From Ascidiella aspersa (taxonomy: Eukaryota), in contig OZ004609.1 in assembly GCA_963924565.1 (NCBI GenBank), forward strand, positions 5,580,001 through 5,644,000: 64,000 bases of DNA. The letters are read 5' to 3'. Position numbers and translations under genes: made by a program. Below, one piece after another: positions 1 through 12,395 of the stretch. The first letter of the stretch is position 1, and every line of letters begins with the position of its first letter. The notes below the pieces were generated by a model, which ran no database searches, had not been told where the DNA came from, and saw nothing but the letters and a program-made list of their open reading frames with translations.

Positions 1-1672
1 GGTATATTTTTGAGATATTTAACAATAGTAAATATGCGTTTTTACAGTGTTATTAATACAGCGTCCTTTATTGTTTAAGGCCTAAACTTTAGGCTTATGT
101 GCCAAGAAGAAGTAAAATAACAAAGTTTTTTTTCCGTAGTTTCGTAAACTACAAAGAACCAGTGTTGTAAACAAGTCACTTTGAAATGACGTATGTCCCG
201 GTCATGTCATTTGTAAAATAACTTAAGTACAACGCCATTCCTTTTGAATAGATATCATGTCAAGTCCTAATTAGAGCAAATCAATTCATAGTCAAGTGAT
301 TGTAGTAAAAATAAAACTTTAGACAATTAAAATTGGAAAACTCGTTTAAAATAATCGGAAATCGGAAACTCGTTTGATGTCATTTGATTACTCAAATAAA
401 AGTTAACTACAACGCAACATATACCAAGTAAGTTGATTTTATGTGCAAACATAAGATGAAAAACTCAATTTGAAAAAAAATCCTTGAAATCTCTTATTTC
501 AAAGTTCAAAGCAAAGTTTGAAATCCGGCCGGCGATCGAATTCAATGCTCTTCAACCTTAATTACCGTTGCATACCTTTAACAACCGTTAAATACCTGGT
601 TTGTATAAGAAAAACAGTAAAGTGGAGAAGGCACACTTTTTGTAGGAGGTTCCTGTACAACGTGATCTTCAATATGGAGCAGTGGTTTTCAAACTTAAAA
701 AAAATGCGCAACGTTCCCCTAGCAATTTTTAAATTGCTCACGGTCCCCCTAATAATATACAAAAAACATTTTGTTTTATTGGTATCAATGGGACGGGTGA
801 ACTTGCTTCTTGCTATCAGCCCGGCTATGTTTGGTTTTGTTGATTTTAGTATTGTTACGCTAACTAAATTTTTTTTGCTTCGCATGGACCAGTGTAGGCA
901 ATCAATTTTTAAAGATGGCGTCATAAATTTATATCATAATACAAACATACTTCAGAAATTTGCTGTTTCAGGTCCTAAATATGTGAAATGAAATAAAGTC
1001 TAAATATATTCAGAGCAAAAACGTTTTGTTTTTAATATAGCCTACTTTTTGTTGTTGAAAAATTAATTGCCTAAATATACGCTAATAGTTAAATTTGGCT
1101 TTCATGGACCCCCTAAAACTAGTCGTACATGGACCCCAGTTGAAGAACCCCTGAACTAGATCATTGGTTGCAACGGATATATTGTTACGTCATGATAATA
1201 CACATAGAAATCATATTACATTTATCACTGTAACAAGCATTAAAGATGTCAGCTAAATAAACCAGAGTGAATATAAAACTTAAGGTCTTAAATCGTTTTT
1301 ATGAGCCGGCGATTTTTACTTTTTAAAAACAAGGCATTAACTGCCATTGCAATCAAAGCAAACCAATTAATTTTACTGGCAGAGATATTCTATTCAAGGA
1401 CTTTAACTTGAGTTAAGAAGTTTTTGTAAAATACTTAAGTTTTCCTCAAGTTAAAAAAATGAATCACCAAGGTTTCGTGACGCTCAGTTTGAGAACCCCT
1501 GGATTAAAGATTGATATATCTTGGTATCATTTAACACAGTGTAAATCTTCGCCTTTTGCTAAATACAAAAATATTTTATATTGGTTGCATATTGCATAGT
1601 GGGCTTCAGTCGAAAACCTGTTTGAAAACCGCATTCTACGTTTTTAACGCCTAAAGGGAGAATCCTTTAAGG

Positions 1673-2152
1673 CAGGGATGTCCAACCTTTTAGCAGAATG
1701 GGCCGCATTGCCACTTTTAAAATTTCGATGGGCCGCAAAATCTCTCAAATTAAAGGGGTGACGTCATAAGTTGCGTTATATCGTGACGTCATAAAACAAC
1801 CTAACTTATAAACACGCGTTCTTCGAGAGTAAAATTGTGCGCAAATATGCGAAAATTTAAGTTTTTACGTGTTTGGGCTGACATATTATTTAAAACGGTC
1901 CGGAAAAACACACATTCAGAAAAACAAACATGTTGCTTAGCAATGATGGGTGCACAAAGTGCTCGATGGATGTTGAAATGCGACATTAGACTCGATTATA
2001 AAAAACACAAGATTATGCCTACATCAAATACTGCGCGATCTTCACGTTTTGATGATAGTCGAAACAACTGTTTTTAATAAAGGCTACTGAAAGTGAGAAT
2101 TAGTGGTGGGCCGCACGTAAATATCAGGCGGGCCGCAGGTTGGACATCCCTG
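1673..2152. mobile_element. Non-autonomous hAT-type MITE (480 bp)
   Basis: Perfect TIRs CAGGGATGTCCAACC / GGTTGGACATCCCTG, 8-bp TSD CTTTAAGG on both sides and subterminal GGGCCGCA motifs. Confidence 0.92.
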
Positions 2153-2640
2153 CTTTAAGGCATGCAAACAATATCGTGCTCACGGCTTCCTCATCGCCCT
2201 AAAACCAGATGACATAATCGGTACTTATCTGCTAAATCGATCCAAAAGTTATTTTTAATAAAAAAATTAGCTAAAGTTGTTTTTACGAGATATCAAAACC
2301 GTCGTGGAAAAACAAATTAAATCGGGGCAAAAAGTTAAAACTGAATGCTAACATCAGCAAAAGTGTAAACGGAACGAAAACATAGAATAATTGTTAAAAA
2401 AATCTAGAGCAACTGAAGGTTTTAATAGCAATTGTAGGTTTACTTTAGGCATCGAGTGAAACAATAAGTTTAGAAAGACAGTCTGAATAAAAACAAAAAC
2501 AAAAAAATTGTAACCTGCGACGTTTATTATGGGTCACGCAGCGTAGTTTTGCAGATCGAAAAGGCCTGTAGGTTTATCCAGCAATTATCCAATCTATCGA
2601 AGATTCTGGATAAAGGGCTTTTTGAACCTTATCTGGAATA

Positions 2641-5269
2641 ATGTCGAATTTGCTTTTATCAAGCAAAAAGCCGACACTCAAGTTTTAATAGAGGAAGCTC
2701 GTACCAGGCGACTATGAAGCGGTAGAATAAATTATAACAAAGCATTTTGTGAAGTGGGGTCCCTTCAGTGTAACGCTAGGAATTACTGTGGAAACCGGGG
2801 CATTCGACCTCGTCGACGACATGTGGGTAAATAAATTTCAATTTAAAACACATTTTTTGCTCTGTGATTGACTCAATTACCAACGTGGACAGTGCGTGTC
2901 AAACGATTCAAACGCGTTGTGTGGTTCATATAGGAATCCGCAGCCATTAGGGGGCAGATACAGTCGACAAGCAAACTTTTAAACAGAGTAAAACGTTTAC
3001 AGATTGTGTCCTTATATTGGCAAAGTATGTGATCGACCTACCAATAGAAATGTGCGGAACGTAAACCAAATACTTCACATTTTTTTCGCGATTCTGTATT
3101 CTGAAACGTACACCTTCCAAGCGATATATTCGGCTTAGAAATAGAAATTATGCTGATATACAAAAATAAATAGTCGTTTATGGTAACTAACCTGTGATAC
3201 GTTGCGTATTTTTTCCTACTTGAAATTAGTACAATCAAGAAAAGAATTGTAAATACCTCCAGGTACTCTTACTGCAGTATATACGACTTAATTTTGCAGT
3301 TTGACATCTCGATTACTCCTCTCTCCCTTTACTTTGCATGCAAATCATCGCTTTGATGTTTTTTTTAGATAATCTAATATAACAATTTTTTTTTTAGATA
3401 ATCTAATATAAAAATAAAAAATGTAAATTTTCGACAAAATAAAAGAACGTGACCCGGAAATGTTCGTTCAGAATAAATAAATATTACAAAAATACGTAGA
3501 ATAATATCGCAATAATGACAAAACGTATTTAAGTGGTTTAAATTGCCTTTGTGTAAATTAGTTTTGTTTTACAGATGGGGGTAAAATATGACCAGTCAAT
3601 ATGCGCGTACGATCCAAGAAACAACAACAAGATAGTTGGAATTCGCTTGGCATCAGGCCCTTACTCGCCGAGAAGAAGAAAGCCAAAGATGGGAGATGGG
3701 ATAAAACGACCTTTACAACTGGCGCAAGCCTACAGGGTAAGTAAATATTCATAAAAATGTAGGTACTTAATAGCTTGGTATAGTTTGCTCCACGAGTCGA
3801 CTGTTTTGTTGTTTTCAGAAATATTATTTGGAACAGCTTGTCCTTTTTATCCAATTCTTATGTTTTAAGGTACAGATAAATAACAGTCAATGTTGTAAGG
3901 ATTTGCTATGGTTTTGTTAGATAATTGAGTGTTTGTTATTTGGTTCAAATGATGTCGTGGAGTCATACGCTGGCTATGAAAAGTTCATGAAAGGAATGAT
4001 GGTATGTGTGGATGAAGAATACCATCAACTGGGCTTGGGCGGAGCATTAATGCACAAGTAAGCTACACCATAATTTACCAATGATATTAAAGATAGGTAA
4101 ATAGTTTTATAAGACAACTAAAATCATTCGAAGTTAGATACTGAGGATGCTCATAGCAGTGAAATATTTTTATCGTATAACATCTAAAGTTTAAACAAAC
4201 TAATTTTCGGTTCACCAAGTTTTGTACTTAGTTTAATCTTGACCATTGATGTGCAACGAGAATCGTTTGCTTTTTACCATTTTAGTTCTGGCTGATGCTG
4301 TTATTCGAAACAAAATTTTGAATAAATAGATAAAGTAGATAAAGTAGTATTAATAACTACCTTTCCAAAACGGATAAAGACCATTTTGCCTTGGGAGTCA
4401 TAAAAGGTTTTCATGTTGGGATAAGACATAGCAAAGTAACAATTGTTCTGCAAGAAAAAACAGTAGTACTCAAAATAAGTTGATAACTTATTACATTTAA
4501 CTGGTCATACCACTATTCATTTGTTGAATTTTAGTTGGGGAGTAGCAACAAAACGGTATACCAGATTAAAATGTGGGCCTAGTAAAGCTGCTTATAAATC
4601 CTTACCTCAATTCAACCTGCGTTATTAAGACAGCTGAATAAACTGATTAAAGCTGTTTTTGTAAACAGAACAGAACCCTCAAGGTAAATGCACAAAAAAA
4701 GCTTCACTTTAAAATGCGTTTAGAAAAAATAAACACTCACAAGCCCCAACACACAATGCAGAGTAGAGACTGCAACAATAATTTTAGCTCAAGGTTGATC
4801 CTGAACATAGACCTTACCTAATAAATTACATTTTTCCGATTATAGGCAAAGCTGAAAATTGTAGTTAAACAATTTGCGCAAAAAAAGACGCCGTCACTCA
4901 ATTAGTGTTATAAATGCAATTTCTTGAGGCGTTTTAAATACGGAGGACGATAGTTATACGAAGAAATGTTTCTTCAGGCCAAAAATCTTGCCCTACCACA
5001 GTATGACACGTAGTAGTGATTTAAAAACAACTATTGGATTGTTTTTAACAGATCGTGGGATCTTGCCAAAGAAGCGAGATGCAAATTTGTCTTTGCCGAG
5101 TTGTCGTCGGCTTACTCAGCTAAGATATTTGCTAAAGTAGGAGCAAATATTATAAAAGAGATTCAGTATTCGGAGTACACGTATTCAGTATCTGGCAAAA
5201 AGATCATAACCCCCGAATTTCTCTGCTAAAACCGTTGTTTTTGATCTCAATGAAAAATCATGGATGTAG
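2641..5269 (+). pseudogene. Insect-AANAT-like GNAT acyltransferase pseudogene (copy A1)
   Basis: Exons 2641-2826, 3575-3736, 3921-4057, 5052-5269 with GT-AG borders. Exon 1 reads MSNLLLSSKKPTLKF**RKLVPGDYEAVE*..., with three in-frame stops. Exon 4 is 11 nt shorter than in paralogs (frameshift). Confidence 0.9.
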
Positions 5270-5500
5270 TGGTGTGAATTTTTGGAAAAGCCATAGCTTC
5301 CAGCTATTGTTGTATTTATACCAATTGCTTTAGTTAGCTAAATGCATAATTGTTGGTTGACAATTAACGTTTATCGATTTTATAATATACGTTGTCGTAT
5401 TATTAATACCGTATCGAGAATGTAGTTGTTCATATCGCATTGAGTATGTAGTTGTTAATATCGCATTGAGAATGAAGTTTTTGTTAATCGTTCTTTTAAC

Positions 5501-5930
5501 ACAGGGGTCGGGACTCGCGAGCCATATATGGCTCTTTTTGTGACGCGGGCTCTTTTATGGCTCTTTCGATAAAAAAATCTTGCTTGCAGAAAAATTTAAG
5601 CTATCATTTCTTTGCATGATCTCAAATAAAACTGCACTCGACCACGGCCGTTTTCCTAAATTTATATTTCCTTTTTTATTACACATAATTGCAAATATTC
5701 GGCGCTTCCCGCGAATCCTATTTGTTATTCGAGACTATTATCCCATTTGAAGAAAAAATCTCTTAACATCCAAAAGGCCCTATTCTTGCAACAATCCGTA
5801 ATCAAAGTTTTGCAAACTTGTTCATTTTTGGTGCGTAGAATATATGTTTTGAACATGAGAACACAATAAACGGCTCTGCTCAATTTACTATTTTTTGCCA
5901 ACATATAGCTAGATGTAAAAAAGTCGACTA
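5501..5930 (+). mobile_element. Truncated hAT MITE related to 10451-10945 (second copy ~25529-25950)
   Basis: Shares the CAGGGGTCGG...CTCGCGAGCCATATATGGCT start and internal sequence with the full element. No right TIR found. Confidence 0.65.
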
Positions 5931-6754
5931 TAGGCATTATTATACAGGCCGAAAATTTATTTCTCTTCTTATCTCTTGTGTTTATTCAGTTTGATGGAAG
6001 GGTGGTAACTGAAAGGAATCGCACAACTTCCTCTATATCATTTTACTTCAAGTAAATTATTTGTACAATTAAGAGACAATACCTTACATATTGATATTGT
6101 ATATTATTACGAACACATTGATAAACCTTCCAATTAATATGGGAAGTTGGTTACTACTGGATAAAAATTTTAGGTCGTGTAGTTGGTCGACGTTCTGTTT
6201 GTTGAGCGACGCCGATGTGGTTGTTCTGTCAATTGCCGCGCTAAATGCAAGGCTAATGCGGCTTCGCAAACCCGTTTTAGTTCAGTGGTTAAGCACCTGG
6301 GCGAACTTGGCGCGCCTAGATTGTTTTGGGGCAATATTTCCGAGAGTTGTGACGATACAAAGTTGAAATTTTTACACAATCCTTATATTGGTTACATCTT
6401 TTCCAGCATTTTAGCGAAAAATATTTATATGCGCAGCAGTTTGGATGTTAAATTAAAAAACAAACTTTTTTGTTTTAACAGGTTTGGCCATTATATAAAA
6501 TCGCACATGTAAACAAACACATAATGTTGTGTTAAAAGTTTGCGACATAAAGTTAAGCACAATATAGTCTTTCTCAAAAGCAAACTTTATATATTTATAT
6601 ACATCCAGGAACGACTTTTTTACCAGTATTATTTTTTCAAACATATATATATATATATTTTTTAAGGCTTGACTTGGACTCACTGCGCCTCAAGTCATTT
6701 CAAAAGACTTGTTTACATCCCTGGGAATCTGCTTACCAAGGATTAGGTAATTTT

Positions 6755-7628
6755 AGAAGGACGCCAGCCATAAGACCAAGATATGAACAACACCAACTTC
6801 AGAATAAAACACAATTCGGAATAGGGCCAAAATAGGACGAATACCAAATGGTATTAGTACCGTCTAAATCGGAATAAGTCCTAAATCCGTCAGAATAAGA
6901 CCTAAAAGGTCAGAATCAGGCCTAAACAACACTTTAACTAACCCCAAACCCAACCCCTAAGTACAACACTCCCGTAATAATTTCAACAATAATCTATTTT
7001 ATAACCTCACCCATTACCCACCAATAACCCCGAATAGGATAAAAAAAATATATAAAAAAAAAGGATAAAAAAGAAAAAATCCGGCGCCAAAACAGCGGTG
7101 CCCTGACGGCGCCGGTCAGACTAAGGCGTCCAAACGTAGTCATAAAAACGGCCGAAACCAGACCAATGGCCCCCGATCGCGTATACCCTCTACCGACAGG
7201 TTCGGGCTTTATTTTGACCATTTAGGCTTTCGACCGATGGACTTAATCTTATTCAGATGAATTTAGGATTTATCCTGATGAATTTAGGCCTTATTACGAT
7301 GAATTTAGGCCTGATTTCGGTCAATTTAGGACTTATTCCATAAATTTAGGACTAATTCCGATGGATTTAGGCTTTTTCCGATAAATTTAGATCTCATTCC
7401 GAAGAATTTAGGCCTTATTTCGACAGATTTAGGTCTTATAGAGACGATTTTGATCTTATACTGTCGTGGATATTATTGCGTATTTGGCTGTACTATGTCG
7501 TTAATTGGTCTTAATACTATGGTTTCCTAGATTTTTACTGCATTAGGTATTGTTGCTTTTTAGGTCTTATTGTGTGTTTCCCCTTTTAAAATTTTTTAGG
7601 TCTTATTGTGTGTTTCCCCTTTTAAAAC
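6755..7628. mobile_element. Foldback/MITE-like element with long imperfect inverted arms and ~21-22 bp subrepeats (copies at ~26785-27657 and, degenerate, ~42670-43290)
   Basis: The left arm (ataagacc, ggaataagtcctaaat) is the reverse complement of the right-arm repeats (gaatttaggccttattccgat, ggtcttattgtgtgtttcccc). There is an internal aacccc/aaccct tract, and the right terminus is tandemly duplicated. Confidence 0.7.
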
Positions 7629-8541
7629 TGCCAAAGCACATTGCAATGTGCATCGTGCATTGACAATTCTATTAACGTGCAAATAGGCTCTATGAACATG
7701 TGCGCACGACTTTGCTTTTCACGTTTCGCATCAATCATGCCGTGTTGTCCTTTTAAACTGCTATGAAATACATATGTATTGTTATGTTACTGTCACGTTC
7801 AACTTTGCGCACAGTAAAGACTGAGGTTAACATGTATTTAACAAAGACTCAGATTAATATGTATATATATACATATATTATATATATGTATATATATTTA
7901 GAAAGATACAGGTAAACATATATTTAAAAGTGAAAAAGGTTATCATATATAGCCAGAAACTCTGCAATATGGTTTAATATTCATTTCGTTTTATTCCAAA
8001 AGTCCTGTTTAGTCACACACTGAAAAAAAATAAATAGGGCAGAACTGTTGAAGGAGATTGCTTGCTAGTGAATTCACTATACGGTTGTTCACAAAACTAT
8101 AAGAAAGCTTTATCAAATTTCATTTTTAACAACGATCGAATTTAGTAGCTAAAAAGCAAGTTGATGGCCGACAATGCATCAATTCGTAGATACGGCTTCT
8201 AAAGTACATTTCAGAACATGATATTATAATGGAGCCTACAGCGTATTATTCTCACACCTACTAAACTTTAGGTCGCTCAATAGTAAAGGAAACTTATATA
8301 ATAAAAAATAAATCTAAATTATTATGCATTTTTTTCTTTATTATACAAACGGACATTTTGAACGATCGCGGTAACTCTAAGTATGTTCAACGCACTGTAA
8401 TTCTAGTGTTCCAAAATTAAAAAAAAACAGTACATTCGCTTTGAACACCAAGAACGGTCTTATTAATTTACAATTGAGTCTGTTTGTATTGGTCAGTGTG
8501 CGTCATTTTGCTAACATTCAGCTTAAGCTAGTGATACTTAA

Positions 8542-8859
8542 CCTTTAGTGGCCCTTAAACGGTTCTTAAGTGGTACGAAGCACGAAAGCAGGGGGTACGA
8601 CATGCAGTGTGAAATTATGCGCTGTTTAGGCATATTTGTGAAGAATGTGTAATTTACAAAAAGCCATAAGAAAAAAGCCTTTAGTAAATTGACTGATCGT
8701 TGAACTAACAAGACTGTTTTTAATGCATTCAACACGTAATTTATAAATACACTGAGTTTAATTCCTACTATTAACATTTTATTTACTTCCGTCGGTCATC
8801 GTAGACAGGAGGTACAATAAAACTCCATAAAAGCACAAAGGGTACGAGCGCTAAAAAAG
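8542..8859. mobile_element. Possible degenerate piggyBac-type MITE
   Basis: TTAA|CCTTTAGTG at the left end and GCGCTAAAAA(A/G)G|TCAA at the right. The TIR and TTAA target site are imperfect. Confidence 0.35.
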
Positions 8860-9182
8860 TCAATAAACACTGCTGCAAGGTAATAATGCAGTACTTCATA
8901 CAACAATGCGTTATTTAAATGAATATATTACGGGTAGATCACAAAACAATTGTTTGAAATAATCGCCATACTTATCCTACAAGCTCGAAATGACCATTTA
9001 AATTTAAACTATTATTAGTCATTTTTACCACTGACATGCAATTCGTTTACCTCATAAATATATAAGCTAATTACATCGACGCATGTAGGTTTCTTTTCAT
9101 TAACCAGGGATCATCCAGCGTAGAGAAAATTTTGTTAACAATAAGCTTGTGAGGCCGGTATTTCACATTACTGGTCGCGATT

Positions 9183-10154
9183 ATGTCGGACATGCTTGTA
9201 ACTAAAAACATGACAAAAGAGTTTTACTGGAGGAAGCTGGTTCCTGGTGACTATGAAGAGGTGAAGGACATCATATTAAATCATACGATGAAGTGGGAAC
9301 CATTATGTGTGACGATAGGACTTACTGCGGAAACCGGCGCATTGAATATTTTTGACGGCATATGGGTAACTATATACTTAATGCGACAAACTACTGTAAG
9401 TCACCTTGGGACACAAGCCCCAAAAAACCCCAAGTGCTGCAATCAAGTCATTTTAAAACAAAAGTCAAAAACAAAAGCAAGGAAAAAAAGCGAAAATTGT
9501 TAACAGAAAAGAAGGAAAGTTAAGAAATACCAAACAGTTGAATGGTGTGCAATGAGTAAAAGTATAGGTGCACAAGGGTGAGAAAAAGTGAAGGAAAGAA
9601 TACAAACCAACAAAAAATATGGACAAAAAACTCCATCTTTTGTTGGTCGGTTCTTATTTAAACTTTTGCCATCTGTAGATCGTTGTTTTACGCTTTTCTA
9701 TGCTTTGTTATGTTGCGTACGCAAACAAGACAAGTACCGGTACCCACTAATTCTTAAGATTCCTAAACCGTGGAGCAACGTCTCTGTAATAATCGCGTCG
9801 AGTTTACGCCATCCAGAGTAAACTCGTTTATGTTTCGGTTGTTCAAACTTCGTCACGGTGATGTTTTAAGATTTTTCACGACATAGCAATCGCTCACAGT
9901 AAAACACAGGAGTCGCAGATCACTGTTGAGCAATCAGCATATGCAAACGGGGGGTGACAATATACTCGTTTTCAAGCTATTGATTTTTGTAGTCAGAGGT
10001 AACTGATTGCCAGTCAATCTGCGCGTACGATCCAAGTAACAACAACAAGATATTTGGAATTCGCTTGGCATCAGGCCCTTACTCGCCGAGAAGAAGAATG
10101 TCAAAGATGGGAGATGGGATAAAACGACCTTTGCAACTGGAGCAAGTCTACAGG
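9183..10154 (+). pseudogene. AANAT-like GNAT gene, 5' half only (copy B1; exons 1-2 open, exons 3-4 absent)
   Basis: Exon 1 9183-9365 (MSDMLVTKNMTKEFYWRKLVPGDYEEVKDIILNHTMKWEPL...GIW) and exon 2 9993-10154. The duplication breakpoint at ~10352 lies in intron 2. Confidence 0.85.
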
Positions 10155-10450
10155 GTAAGCCTTATAAATCTGTGTTAAAAATGTTAAAAATAATTGCCAG
10201 CGCATAAGATATCTTATAATGGTGGTTTAATTACTTGGTTAATGGAGTTTCGATTTGCTTCTGTAAAAATATCAAAATAATAAAGAAATGTTTTGGTCAT
10301 ATTCATCAACATGTGGCTGTTCGATTTTAATCTTTTATCAAGGTGGTCTGCTAAAAAGTGGAATTTTGACCTTGCATTCTGTCAATTAAGCTTCCGCGAC
10401 AGGAAATATTTGCAAACTCTGTGCTGGCCTTCTTACATTAGCTTCTAAAT

Positions 10451-10945
10451 CAGGGGTCGGGAACATATGGCTCGCGAGCCATATATGGCTTTTTTGTGAC
10501 GCCATATGGCCCTTTTGATGAACGAACATTGCTTGCAGATAAATATAATGATTTCTCAGCATAATCTGAATAAAACTGCACGCGGCCACGACCGCTTTCC
10601 TAACTTATTTCTCCTTTTAACACACATAGAGGCAAATTTGTTGGATACTCGCGTGAATCTTATTTGTTTTTCGCAACTGTTATCATCTCTTTACATTCAA
10701 AAGGCCCTGTTGTTTCCAACGAAACTTAGTAATCAAAGTTCTGCAAACTTAGCTAATTCATTTCTTCGTGCTAAGTATGGTATGTTCTGTCCTTTAAATA
10801 TGGACAAATAAACGACCCTGCTCAATTTACTATTTTTTTTTTCAACCTATCACTAGATGTTAAAAAAGTGTTGGCTCTCATAGAAATACAACTAAGAATA
10901 TTTGGCCTTTATGGTTCCCTTAGCTGAAGATGTTTCCGAGCCCTG
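10451..10945. mobile_element. Non-autonomous hAT-type MITE (495 bp)
   Basis: Imperfect TIRs CAGGGGTCGGGAACA / TGTTTCCGAGCCCTG and 8-bp TSD TTCTAAAT. Confidence 0.88.
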
Positions 10946-11640
10946 TTCTAAATTATGCGTTGGTGATGCTTTTTTTTAACCAGTTTGTGTCATTTTTTAC
11001 GGGCCAATCCGCCATCTTTTTGAATGTATTTAAACTAAGATTTCAGTTGCTTATTTGTGCACGACATTCATAATTAACCTATGTTTCCTGTAAGGTTACT
11101 TGTTTTAGGGGTCCCATTTTGACGTCATATTGTGGAGACAGTTCTGAAATATTTCATGCAATCCAGGTAGAGAGTTTTTATCGTTGATTTCATCTTTATC
11201 TCGTTGTCACAGATATATTGGGCGAACAGAACTGTATAATACACCACATGGATCAGGATTGTCGTGTATAGCATCAATCAACTTTAGCATTGCGGCGTTT
11301 ATTGCTTAACCGGGTTTGTGGCAATGGCCATAGCCTTTCGTGCAAGCCAGACGTTAACTTGTATACTCGTTCTCGCTCAGTGACTGGAATATACCACAGG
11401 CGTGTAGCATAGTGGCTGGGGAGTTTAGTGTAAAGCTGGGTTCTAGCGTTCTTGAAATCAGGTGACAAGGTTATCCAAAAATCAAAAAGTAAGAACTTAA
11501 TTTAACCCTCAAAATTTGGCCGAAATGACCTACAGATGTTGATATGCTTTCGTTTGTGCAGAATACATAGTCTTTTAAACTTTGCGTTCCACAGGTACCA
11601 AGTTCAGTGCACCTCGCATCGACAATCATTAACGTGCAAG

Positions 11641-12395
11641 AACGCGCTACGCACGGCTGCAGATGACTTTGGCTTTGTCGTGTCTATTCAATCGAAGCCT
11701 GGGTAAATTGCTCAGTTGTTAAACCGGCAGAGGGAATGGTCATGTTAATATGTTTCTAGCCTGTTTAAGGTTAGGTGTAAGTTCAAAGTTGAGATATAGC
11801 GCGTGCTCGTGAGGTTGTGCAATGCTTTTAGGTTTGCTTTATTTTTCGTTAAAATATGTTGAGCCTGTATTTCTGTCACAACAAATGTTTTGTTCACGAA
11901 TTGACCGCCACAGGGCAAATAACAGATGCTGCGTATTCATGGTAATACAATTTAGAAAAAATGCATTTCTTTAGCGAAATGTGCATGTCTAAAATGGCAG
12001 AGAAAGCTTTCACCGCCCAAAAAACGCGCTACGCACGGTTACAGATGACTTAAGTTTTGACGGGTCTATTCGATCGAAGCCTGGTGTCGATTTGCTCAGT
12101 TGTTAGTCTAGCAGGAGCAAATGAGTTTGCTAATATGTTCTAGGCCTGTTTAACGTTAGATTTAAGTCCAAGGTTGAGATATAACGCGTGCTCATGACGT
12201 TGTGCAATGGCTCCAAGTTTACTTTAATTTTTGTTAAAATATATTGCGTCTGTATTTCTGCCACAAAAATATTTTGTTCACGAAATGACCACCCAAGGGG
12301 AAACAACAAAAGCTGCTTATTCATGCTGAAGCAATTTAGAAAATATTACACTCTTTAAGAGAAAGTGGGCGTGCAAAATTGTAGAGAAAGCTAAA
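11641..12395. repeat. Two diverged tandem units of ~385 bp
   Basis: aacgcgctacgcacgg... at 11641 and again at ~12024, colinear through ...agagaaagct. Related sequence at ~7640-7750. Confidence 0.85.

Larger units (their letters stand above)
1..10352 (+). repeat. Segmental duplication copy 1; matches 20001-30382 and probably extends left of the window
   Basis: Sequence from base 1 (ggtatatttttgagatattt...) recurs at 20001. It stays colinear, with scattered SNPs and indels, until ...aggtggtctgct (10352 / 30382), where the two copies diverge. Confidence 0.97.

Noticed and set aside
518-991. 157-aa and overlapping 120-aa ORFs (repeated at ~20.5 kb)
   Set aside because: No recognisable domain, they overlap MITE-like sequence, and the duplicate has a stop that truncates the + ORF.
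680-1153. Possible hAT MITE (CAGTGGTTTTCAAAC...GTTGAAGAACCCCTG); similar case at 62315-62827
   Set aside because: The ends look like TIRs but the flanking 8-mers do not match, so boundaries are unsupported.
2641-2826. Stop-codon readthrough or alternative genetic code to rescue the A copies
   Set aside because: The stops co-occur with a frameshift or splice loss, and intact paralogs use standard TAA/TAG termination.
6084-6512. Cluster of overlapping ORFs in a GC-elevated patch
   Set aside because: No motif or consistent splice structure, and a frame changes between the duplicated copies.
7215-7460. Regularly spaced ~21-bp repeats resembling a CRISPR array
   Set aside because: Degenerate tandem units without unique spacers, eukaryotic context, no cas genes, and part of a foldback element.
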